This document shows, piece after piece, positions 1 to 9,625 of a stretch of DNA of 64,000 nt; positions within the stretch are counted from its first letter, which is position 1; each line of letters begins with the position of its first letter. Made by a program: the position numbers and the translations under genes. The stretch is from Antechinus flavipes (taxonomy: Eukaryota): assembly GCF_016432865.1 (NCBI RefSeq), contig NC_067400.1:616528001-616592000 (forward strand), given 5' to 3'. The notes beneath the pieces were generated by a model that did no database searches, had not been told where the DNA came from, and saw nothing but the letters and a program-made list of their open reading frames with translations.

Positions 1-162
1 GGGACGCACAGGAGGGGGCAGGGGCCCTGCCTCCCAGGCTCGGGAGGTGAGGGCTTAATCAGCAGTCAGTGGGGCAAAGCAGAACTGGAGAGAACGGAAT
101 TGTGGGTAGGAGGGGGACCAGGGGGAGACAGGAAATTCATCACCTTCCCCCCAAAACACAGA

Positions 163-181
163 GCATTCTGGGAGTTGTAGT
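163..181 (-). promoter_or_regulatory. ZNF143/SBS-type motif (ACTACAACTCCCAGAATGC)
   Basis: Reverse complement of gcattctgggagttgtagt matches the ACTACAnnTCCCAGnATGC consensus; lies at the edge of the IRF2BP1 CpG island. Confidence 0.6.
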
Positions 182-699
182 GAGCCCGGCTGGGCGGGCT
201 GATCGCGGAGAAAATTAACCCGTTAAAGCTGGAAAGAAGGGCTCAGCCCTGGATCCCATTATCTTGAAGGGGAGGGGGAGGGAGGCACGGACCGGAGTCA
301 GGACTGATAAGGACTCTGGAACATCGGGTCCCACACTCCGCCTCTGCGTGACCTTAGGCAGGCACGGGTTTCCCCGGCTGTAAAGTGAGGGAGTTAGCCT
401 GGGGGCCCTCCGCGGCGGCTCGGGATCTCCTCTGTTGAGGCCGGCCTCTCGCCCACTCCACCCCTTCCCTGTCCAGGGGGCGCCACGGAGGCTGAGCGGG
501 AGCCACTTGCTCCCGGGGTGCAGCCCAGCCTGGATCCCGAGGGTCCGGCCTTCCTTCCAGGACACCCCGCCCTTCTGAGCGCCTCCAGGGTCAGCAGGGA
601 CATCTTGGGGCTATTCTGGTCCCTTCTTCAGGGTGGGCTCCCTGGCTTCCACGAGGCCTGAAGAGGCTTCCAGCCCTCCAAGTCCCTGACCGCCCACTC

Positions 700-1476
700 C
701 CCTGCAAGGTCTCCCAGCGTCAAGCGGCCGGTTCGCCAGAGAAACGTCCCAACACGGTTCGTTCTCAAGGTCCGCGTCCTCCGATGGACCACTGAGTGCC
801 CCTGGCTGGGGCCACGTGCGGAGCCCCCGCGGGAGCGCAGGGGCCGGAGTGGGCAGGCAGGGAGCGAGGGCTGCGCTTGGCAGCGCTCGGCTGCTCTGCA
901 CTGCTCTGCTCTACACTCCCTCCGCCCGTCCCCGGCCGGGCCCTGGGCACGGACTACATCCCCCAGAAAGCTTTGCCCGCGTGCGTTATGTAAGTTTCCC
1001 TGCGAAGCGGCTGCTGGGGCAGAGGAAGGCGGGCAGCCGCGGCAGCGGAGAGAGCGGACTGCGACGGGCACGGCGGGTCGCAGCGGCGGGCAGGGGCGGC
1101 GCCGCGGGGAGGCCCGGCCCGGGCACGGGAACCTGCGCGCGGGGGAGCCACGCCAGCGCGGCCCGGAGTCGCCGAGCCTGCCCCCGGAGCGGAGCGGAGC
1201 GGGGCGGGGCGGGCCGTCCGGACGGACGTAGAGCCCGGGAGCGCCCCCTCCTTGGAGCTGCGCAGCGCTGCGCGAGGGAGGGAAGGCGGGACCGCGGGCC
1301 GGACTGAGGAGGAGGAGGAGGAGGAGGAGGAGGGAGGGCCTGGCCGGGGGAGGGACGGCCCGAGCAGACGCGGGCGGGCAGCCAGCCCTCGGCATCTCGG
1401 CGAGGCTGCAGCGGCCGCGGCCCCCTGCGAAGCAGCCCGTGCAACCCGGCCGGCCCCCGCTTGAGCCCCGGGCGCC
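700..1476 (+). promoter_or_regulatory. CpG-island promoter and 5' UTR of IRF2BP1
   Basis: Very GC/CpG-rich; ACTACATCCCCCAG SBS-like motif ~953, TTATGTAA D-box 986-993, GC boxes ~1200, (GAG)9 at 1306-1332; in-frame TGA just upstream of the ATG in Kozak context gccATGG. Confidence 0.75.
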
Positions 1477-3216
1477 ATGGCGTCCGTGCAGGCGTCTCGC
1501 CGCCAGTGGTGCTACCTCTGCGACCTGCCCAAGATGCCGTGGGCCATGGTGTGGGACTTCAGCGAGGCCGTGTGCCGGGGATGCGTGAACTTCGAGGGCG
1601 CAGACCGCATCGAGCTGCTCATCGAGGCAGCCCGGCAGCTCAAGCGGAGCCACTCGCTGCCGGAGGGCCGCTCCCCGGGGCCCCCGGCCCTCAAGCCCCC
1701 GGCCACCGCGGGCAAGGAGGCGGGAGGAGCCCAGCCTCAAGACCGCTATGATCGGGCGTCGTCGTCCTCGTCTTCCTCGTCCTCGTCTTCCATCGCCACG
1801 GCCGCGGCCTCCTCCGGGCAGACCTCCCGCATGCCCCTGACCCCGGCCACTCTGGACTTTGGCATCGGGGCCCGGCTGGCCAACGGAGAAGCTGATGGGG
1901 CCCGGAGGGCCCTGCTGGGGGCCATGCCCGGCCTGGTCTCCCCCGGGCTGCTCGCCGCGGCTGTGTCCGGGCTGGGCGGCCGGGGCATGGCCCTGGGCGC
2001 CCGCCCAAGCTTCGGGGCCGATTTTGAGAAGGAGAAGGCTGTGGCCGGGGTGGGTGCCGGGGGAGTCGTGGGCAGCCAGCCCCCACGGGCGGCAGACTGT
2101 CTGGCGGAGCTGAACGAGGCCATGCGTGGCCGAGCAGAGGAATGGCACGGGCGGCCCAAGGCCGTTCGGGACCAGCTGCTGGCGCTCTCGGCCTGCGCCC
2201 CCTTCAACGTCCGGTTCAAGAAGGACCACGGGCTGGTGGGCCGAGTGTTTGCCTTTGATGCGACTGCCCGCCCCCCGGGCTACGAGTTTGAGCTGAAGCT
2301 CTTTACCGAGTACCCCTGCGGCTCCGGGAACGTCTACGCCGGCGTCCTGGCAGTGGCCCGCCAGATGTTCCACGATGCCCTCCGAGAGCCCGGCAAAGCT
2401 CTGGCCTCTTCGGGCTTCAAGTACCTGGAGTACGAGAAACGGCACGGCTCCGGCGAGTGGCGGCAGCTGGCCGAGCTCCTCACCGACGGCGTCCGCACCT
2501 TCCGGGAGCCGGCTCCCGCCGAGGCCCTGCCCCTGCAGTCCCCCGATGGGGCCTCGGCCCGCCCGGCGCGGACCCCCGGACCGGTCCCCAGGAGGCGCAA
2601 AGCCTCCCCCGAGCCGGAGGGGGAGGCTGCTGGGAAGCTGACCAGTGAAGAGCATCAGCAGCAGCAGCAGCAGCAGCAGCAGCGCCACTGGGGAGCAGCC
2701 CCCTACGCCGGTGAGCCCACCGTAGCGGCCGCTGGGGCTCCTTCGCCCATCGCAGCCCTGAAGACGGTGGCCGAGGGGCTGGGTCAGTCGCCCAAGGAGG
2801 GAGGTGGTGGAGGCCCTGGGAGGGCTGGAGGAGCGAGCCCGGCAGCCTCGTCCCCAGCTGCTCCTCAGAGGCTGGTAGCCCGAAATGGAGAGGCTGAGGG
2901 GGAGTCTGGGAGCGGGGGAGTGGCCGGGGCAGGCGGTGGGAGCAGTGGGGCCGGGGCCCCCCTGTGCTGCACCCTGTGCCGGGAGAGGCTGGAGGACACC
3001 CACTTTGTCCAGTGCCCGTCTGTGCCGGGCCACAAGTTCTGCTTCCCCTGCTCGAGGGAGTTTATCAAGACCATGGGCCCTGCCGGTGAGGTCTACTGCC
3101 CCAGCGGGGACAAGTGCCCACTGGTGGGGTCCAGCGTACCCTGGGCCTTCATGCAGGGGGAGATTGCCACCATCCTGGCAGGCGACATCAAGGTGAAGAA
3201 GGAGCGGGATCCTTAA
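1477..3216 (+). CDS. IRF2BP1: Interferon regulatory factor 2-binding protein 1 (intronless; N-terminal zinc finger, C-terminal RING), 579 aa
   Basis: ORF starts [41 protein letters not shown] and ends [31 protein letters not shown]...IKVKKERDP, as in IRF2BP1; synteny with FOXA3. Confidence 0.97.
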   Translation: MASVQASRRQWCYLCDLPKMPWAMVWDFSEAVCRGCVNFEGADRIELLIEAARQLKRSHSLPEGRSPGPPALKPPATAGKEAGGAQPQDRYDRASSSSSSSSSSSIATAAASSGQTSRMPLTPATLDFGIGARLANGEADGARRALLGAMPGLVSPGLLAAAVSGLGGRGMALGARPSFGADFEKEKAVAGVGAGGVVGSQPPRAADCLAELNEAMRGRAEEWHGRPKAVRDQLLALSACAPFNVRFKKDHGLVGRVFAFDATARPPGYEFELKLFTEYPCGSGNVYAGVLAVARQMFHDALREPGKALASSGFKYLEYEKRHGSGEWRQLAELLTDGVRTFREPAPAEALPLQSPDGASARPARTPGPVPRRRKASPEPEGEAAGKLTSEEHQQQQQQQQQRHWGAAPYAGEPTVAAAGAPSPIAALKTVAEGLGQSPKEGGGGGPGRAGGASPAASSPAAPQRLVARNGEAEGESGSGGVAGAGGGSSGAGAPLCCTLCRERLEDTHFVQCPSVPGHKFCFPCSREFIKTMGPAGEVYCPSGDKCPLVGSSVPWAFMQGEIATILAGDIKVKKERDP

Positions 3217-4633
3217 ACTCGGCCCCTCCTCCTTCCCACATCCTTTCCTAGGCCCTGGGTTTCTGGGATCCTGGACCCTGCAGCTAAATTATTCCTTCTG
3301 AGCGGCCCTTGCCCCCACACCTTTCCCTTCCCCACAGACTGAGCTTCCTTAGAGCTTATTCTGGGGGGGAAGCAGCCTCAAGGATACCCCTAGAGCTCTT
3401 AGCTGAGCCCTGCCAAACTCCTGGTTCCCAGCCCCAGGTCGAGCTTCCCCAGAACAGACACCCCAGGTTTGGGGAGGAAAAGATGGGGCCAGAGCATCCC
3501 CAAAGCCCTGGGTTCCTGCCCTTGGACTAAATTCTCTGGAACCGCTGCCTCCTGATTTCCAGTGGGAGGTGGAGCCAAGAACATTCCAGAGCCCTCAGAA
3601 CTGGCCCTTCCACTCCCAGGTCCATCCTCCTTCACACTGAGCTGCTTTGCAGTGGGTGCCCGCTGTTTCGGGGGGCGATGGGCTCAAGGACCGTCCCAGA
3701 GCTCAGAGCCGAGGGACCGGCCCCTGGATTTCCTGGGGCCTAAAGCTCAGAGCTGATCCCAGAGATGTCGGGATCCTGCCCTTAGACAAAAAACAAAAAA
3801 CCTCTGGAACGATTGCCTCCAATTCCAAGGGGAGAGCTGGATTTAAAGATGCCCCAAACCCCCGAGCTGGGCCGTGGACACACCCTGGGTCCCTGCCCTT
3901 CATTAGCGCTTCCTGGGAATGGTCACTTCTGATTCCAGGGGAGACCGGTTCAAGCACACCTCCAAAGCCTGGCGTCAGGCGCCCCGGACACTTGGGCCCT
4001 GACTTCGTACCGAGCTTCCCCAGAGCCGTTGACCTGAGTCTCCCAGGTCCAAGGATGAATCCCAAAGCCGGGCACTTTGCTTTTGGACAAAGCTTTCCGG
4101 AACAGCCGCCCCCGTCCCCTGGGGTCGGGAGTGTGTGTGTGTCTGTGTGATGATTTTAAGGAGGGTGTCGAAGGCCTCAGTTCTTGGGTCCTGGCCTTCC
4201 TCAAGAGCTTCCCCGGCGAGGGCCACTTTCAAGGAAGACCTCTCCATAGGCGCCCGGGTTCGCGCCCTTCCTCCCGTCTTTCCCCAAATCCAGGGGGAGC
4301 TGGGGGACACCAGAGTGCTGGTCTTAACTAGTTGGGCCCCCTCCCGATCCAGCACCCCGAGAACAGTCAGCTCACAGTCTGGGAGGGGGAAGACATGGAT
4401 GGAGCCATAGACTTCCCTTGCTGGGGCCCGCAATACTTTGGGGAGGGGGGAAAGAGGGGTAGTTTTCAGGCCTGGGTCTCCCTCACCCCCACAAGGGGTT
4501 GTAGTAGTCCCCCACTTCTAGTGCTTGGCTTTGCTGCTTGTAATGGGGGAGGGGAAAGGGCCCCACTCTGCCCTTTCAGAAAGAACACACTTGGATTAAG
4601 AAACTCCTTCTGGGGGGCAGGGGGTCCTCCTTC

Positions 4634-4639
4634 AATAAA
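4634..4639 (+). terminator. Probable IRF2BP1 poly(A) signal
   Basis: First AATAAA seen after the stop, followed by a U/GU-rich tract (ttttgggtttttttcccgtgg); implies ~1.45-kb 3' UTR. Confidence 0.6.
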
Positions 4640-5219
4640 GCGAAGTTTTGGGTTTTTTTCCCCGTGGTCCCGCGTCCTCTTTGCGCCTTCCCAATTACTG
4701 CCTTTCTCGGTCTCACTGAGGGGCTCATCCGTCTTTCCTCTTAGTCCCGGGGACTCTAGACACCGCCAATGTGGAGTTAGGCTGGGACCCTGCCTCGGAC
4801 GCTGGCTCACCAGGTCATCGGCTCTTGGAAATGCGTTCCCCCCATCTGTGAAATCCTCGTGTCCCCCAACCCCAGCCTTAGCTCTCCCTATCAGGTGCTC
4901 TGAAAAGAACTCAGAGACCCAGCAGCCGCCCCTCCCTTCCTTAAGCCCCCCATCTTCTCATCTGGGCTAGACCTCTGCAGACCAGGGCTAGAGGTCCCCA
5001 CTGTATCCCTGGCTCGGGGCGGGGAAGAACTTTCTGTTCCTGTTTTCTCCTTTGCAGAGAGGGTTTCCCAACACGGGGCATGCTTGCTTCCGGCGAGGAG
5101 GGGCAGCTTCTCAGGGGCTTATGGGGAACGCTTGGGAAATAGCCACATCATCCTCAAGCTCTTAGATCTCTGCAAGAACAACTCAGACTTAAATCGGTTT
5201 ATGTTTATAATTAATAAGG

Positions 5220-5680
5220 CGGCTGTTAGAATTCTGGCCCTGGAAGGCCTGAGTTCAAATTCAGCCTCAGACACTTACTAGCTACTCACGTGATCCCAGG
5301 CAAGTCGCTTAACCTGCTTGCCGTAATCCACGGGAGAAGGAAATGGCAGACCCCTCCTCTTGGGCAAGAAAATCCCACAAGCCAATGGGCCAAAGGGGTC
5401 AAGAAACTTGGACACAAGTGAACAAAATGGGGGTGTGACAAGGCTGATGGAGATCCGGGGTCTGTCTGGGCACTCTGGCTTCGTATGTAAGCTTCTAAAA
5501 TTCTGGAGTAAACGGGGCAACTGGGGGCACCATGGGTGCAGTTCAAATTTGACTTCGGAGGCTTGCTGGCTACTTGGGTGATCCTAAGTAAGTCACTTAA
5601 ACAAAACCAAACCCTGTTTGCCTTGGTTTCCCTATCTGTAAAATGGAAACACTAAAAGCATCTTTTCCCCAAGGTAATTG
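5220..5680 (+). mobile_element. Two adjacent MIR/CORE-SINE copies (first with marsupial Mar1/MIR3-type tail)
   Basis: cctgagttcaaattcagcctcagacacttactagct...ggagaaggaaatggcag...gcaagaaaatccc; second copy caagtcacttaa...gtttccctatctgtaaaatgg. Confidence 0.7.
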
Positions 5681-6684
5681 CGAGCATCCGACGTGAGGTG
5701 CCCTCGTCACAGAGCCCGGCTTTGCCACAGCTGTGGGCGCTCTGCCACCTCCTCCCTGGCTCACCCCTTGGCGTAGGGCTCCCCAATCCCCGTCCCCGGC
5801 CAAGCCTCCATTTCACAAGTGCCTCCCGGTCACAACGTTGCATAAATGTCTTTAAAAAAGCGTCCGAAACAGTACTCGCTGTGTAAGGGACCGCCACGTG
5901 GCACAGGCCGCAAGTCATTTAAACTTTTTGCCTCAGTTTCCCCAATTGTAAAAATAGACAGGTAGGAGCACCTAATCCCCAGAGGAGATCACATTATAAA
6001 AACACTGCAGATTTGGGGAGGGTTTGACTCCGACGACCCCCGCGAAGCCTATTCCCACGTCCGGGAATCTGGACGCTTGCTGGCAAACCGGGAAAAGTGA
6101 GCATCGGCAGCAGCTCTTCCGCTCCTGCCACCGGGTGGTTTTACTCTTTCTCACCACTTTTCTCCAGTCCCGGCTACCACGTGTCCCCCACCTTTACACA
6201 GACTCCATCCAGGTCCCCCTCACTTGGGGTTTCAGTATCCTCGGGACGCTTCAGCTGGTCCGGCTCCGGGACCCAGGGGATCTTCCTAAAGCACAAGGCT
6301 CAGGAGGAAGGACGAGAAGCCTCAGTGGCTGCCGGACAGATCCTCCGTTTAGCGGCCCCAGCCCCTCAGAGGTGCTTCCCACTGTCCTCCTGGGCTGGTT
6401 ACAGGATCGTTCTCTGTTCCCCTCCACACCGGCTTCCTCCATCCTTCCTGCAGGGGACACGCGACATCTCCAGCCTCCTCGCCTTTGTGTAAGGTACCCC
6501 CCACCCCAAGGCCTAAGACGCTCGTTTCTTCCCTCTCTCAGAAGTCAGGCCTCTTAAGGCTCGGCTCAAATGCACTTTCCAAACGATCTTCCCGGTCCCC
6601 AGGGGTCACTTATTGTCTCTGTAAATGTCTTTCAGCCCCAGTGCCTGGCACATGTTAGTGATTGCACCTCAGTTTCTCTCTCTG

Positions 6685-7083
6685 NNNNNNNNNNNNNNNN
6701 NNNNNNNNNNNNNNNNNNNNNNNNNNNNNNNNNNNNNNNNNNNNNNNNNNNNNNNNNNNNNNNNNNNNNNNNNNNNNNNNNNNNNNNNNNNNNNNNNNNN
6801 NNNNNNNNNNNNNNNNNNNNNNNNNNNNNNNNNNNNNNNNNNNNNNNNNNNNNNNNNNNNNNNNNNNNNNNNNNNNNNNNNNNNNNNNNNNNNNNNNNNN
6901 NNNNNNNNNNNNNNNNNNNNNNNNNNNNNNNNNNNNNNNNNNNNNNNNNNNNNNNNNNNNNNNNNNNNNNNNNNNNNNNNNNNNNNNNNNNNNNNNNNNN
7001 NNNNNNNNNNNNNNNNNNNNNNNNNNNNNNNNNNNNNNNNNNNNNNNNNNNNNNNNNNNNNNNNNNNNNNNNNNNNNNNNNNN
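6685..7083. other. Assembly gap (N run)
   Basis: N run; other gaps at 9107-9286, 15100-15300, 20110-20688 and 59004-59305, several flanked by CT/GA simple repeats. Confidence 0.99.
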
Positions 7084-7099
7084 AAATGATGTAAATGCT

Positions 7100-8500
7100 A
7101 ACTCCTGAGGTTCCTTCCTTCCCCACCGCTTCCCTTCCCGTCCCCTCTCGAGAATCCGGGGCTGCTCCCAGCCGGTCCCCCGCAATTCCGCCTGAGGCCG
7201 CCAGATGGAGCCCGAGAGCCACCCGCGGGACTCCAGCCTCCCGGAAAGCCGGGAGTCCTCCAGGTCCCGGGCACAGAGGCTCCCGCCCGCCGGGGTGAGA
7301 GTAACAGGGACCCCTGAGGTCCAAAGCGATGGGACCCCTTCAGGCTCCTACCCCCCAATCTCTGGGAATATCTTCTCCGCCTCCGCTGCTCCGGGACCCT
7401 CACACTCCGCCCTCCGGGCTCGCGGGCTCCACGCTTCCTGCCCCCGAGTCCCCGACCTGGATGGAAGGCGGAGCCCCGGGCCCGGGCCCGGCTAACGAGC
7501 CTCCTGCCTTAGAGGAGCCCCTCTAGCTTCGGGGGCAGCCCTGCCCGGCTTGGTCCGCAGGATTCCCGGAAAGGGGGAGGGGAGACGGCTGCATAAGCGA
7601 GGTAGCCCCTCCCCCCTTCTTTCACACATGGGGAAACTGAGGCCAGGGAGGAGCAGGATTAGCTCGAGGTAAACTAGTAGGTCAGTAGGACCACAAGCCG
7701 CAGGCTACCGCGCTGGGAGGCTCCGCTCTCGGGCCCTTAGGCGGGAGAAGATAAAAGAGAAAAGGGTACTTCCCGAAGTGGGGGAGGGGGCCACCCAGAG
7801 GTGGGCCGGCCCGGGCTGCCAGCCTGGGCTTCTTATCTTCGCGGCCTTGTCCCGCACCTGCCCCAAGGAACTAATAATTAACCAGGACTTCCTGCTTATG
7901 ACGTCACGGAGGCGGGCAGGCGGAGGGGTGAGGGGGAGAGGGGGGCGGGGCCAAAGGGTTAAAGATGGGACCCCGGCGGTCCTGGGCACCCAATTGGGAG
8001 GAGAGAGCGATTGCCGCAGAGCCCGAAAAATAAAACCCAGAGAAACAGAATCAAATTACAGGCGGGAAGGGGCTCGGGGTAACCCCCCTTTCCGCCCCAC
8101 CCGTGTCCTTTCTCCATTCCCGTAGCTCTCACTTCCCTGTGGCCCCTCCTAGGAATCCTGCCTCCCAGCCTCCTGTGGTCCTCGGCGTGGCCCCCTGACC
8201 ACGGCCGCCCTGGACTCCAAGCCCCGCCAGGGACACCCCAGGGGCTCCTCCCGCAAGCCCCCCTGGTCTGCAGGCTTCCAGTTCTCCGCAGCCCGGCCAT
8301 CCTCTCTGTCCTGCAATCTTTCCCCTCTTAAAAAAAAGGTTCCTGAGGCACTCGGGGTTCAAATCCCAGAGGCGGAGGGGGTCCTGGGCCTCTAGTTCCC
8401 AGAATGCATCGGGTCCCTCAAATCCATCCCCAGGCAGCCAGCTCCCGCTCCCATCCCTAGTCCCGAGCCGTCCGGGCCCTTAACTTGGGGACATCCGAGC
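7100..8500. promoter_or_regulatory. CpG-rich candidate FOXA3 3' enhancer (HNF1, ETS, CRE, STAT, GC-box motifs)
   Basis: GGTTAATTATTAGT (- strand, 7870-7883), ACTTCCTG 7887-7894, TGACGTCA 7899-7906, TTCCCGGAA 7563-7571, GGGGCGGGGC 7942-7951; no convincing ORF. Confidence 0.55.
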
Positions 8501-8879
8501 GACTGGGCCCCTGGCACTGCAGCCCAGGTGCCAGGGCAGGGCTGGGAAACCCGCCCCCTGGACAAACAGGCCCAGCCGATAAGGATAAAGGAAGGGGGGG
8601 AGCAGGCTGGCGGGGAGACCGGGAAGGAGATTTGGGTTTCTAAGCCTTCTGAGGTTGGAGAAGGGCGGTGAAGTCCTGGGCCAGGACAAGCTTGTCCTGC
8701 CCCTTTAAGAACAGCTGTCATCCAGGCCAGGGGGGTGTCACTATCCCTTCCCCCTCCAGAGAACACACCTGATGTGCGCTCAGATAGAGCCCCCAGCCTT
8801 GTTACCCATTAACCAAGCCTGGGCAGGGGGAGACCAGGAGGCGAGGAGAGGCAGCTCCAGAAGCCCAAAGAAACCCAGA

Positions 8880-9625
8880 AACCAAGAGACACAATAAAAG
8901 AGAGATGCACACTGGGACCGAGACAGAGACCGAGAACAGAGACACAGATGGAGAGAGAGACAGAGGCAGAGACACGGAGAGGGAGGGGGAAAGACAGAAA
9001 AACAGATGCAGACAGAGATACAGAGAGACAGAGAGAGAGGGAGAGAGATACAGAGAGAGAAAGGGGGAGAGAAATAAAAAGACAGGCAGAGACACAGAGA
9101 GGGAGGNNNNNNNNNNNNNNNNNNNNNNNNNNNNNNNNNNNNNNNNNNNNNNNNNNNNNNNNNNNNNNNNNNNNNNNNNNNNNNNNNNNNNNNNNNNNNN
9201 NNNNNNNNNNNNNNNNNNNNNNNNNNNNNNNNNNNNNNNNNNNNNNNNNNNNNNNNNNNNNNNNNNNNNNNNNNNNNNNNNNNNNNGACAGAGGGAGAGA
9301 GATACAGAGAGAAAGAGATAGAAACAGAGAGGGGGAGAGAGACAGAAAGACAGAGAGAGAGACAGAGAGAGAGGGAGAGAGAGACAGAAAGACATACACA
9401 CAAAGAGACAGATATGGAGAAAGAGAGAGGGAAGACAGAGACACAGATGGAGAGAGAGACAGAAAGACAGAGAGAGAGAGAGGGAGGAGGGGAGGAGAAA
9501 TAGAGAAATACCCACAGACAATCAGACACAAAAAGAGTTAGGAAGGGGGAGACAGAAAAACACAGAGAGAGAGAGACAGATGCAGAGAAAAAGAGACAGA
9601 GGGAGAGGCAGACACACAGAGAGAG
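8880..9625 (+). repeat. GA-rich low-complexity tract (GAGACAGAGA-like)
   Basis: Near-continuous purine-rich gagacagaga/gagaga units interrupted by an N gap. Confidence 0.9.

Noticed and set aside
628-3033. 801-aa ORF antisense to IRF2BP1
   Set aside because: Shadow ORF from extreme GC content and codon bias; low-complexity G/A/P/R product with no recognisable domain.
6570-7324. ORFs spanning N runs (also at ~8800-9540, 14700-15700, 19900-20780, 58700-59530)
   Set aside because: Artefacts of translating assembly gaps and simple repeats.
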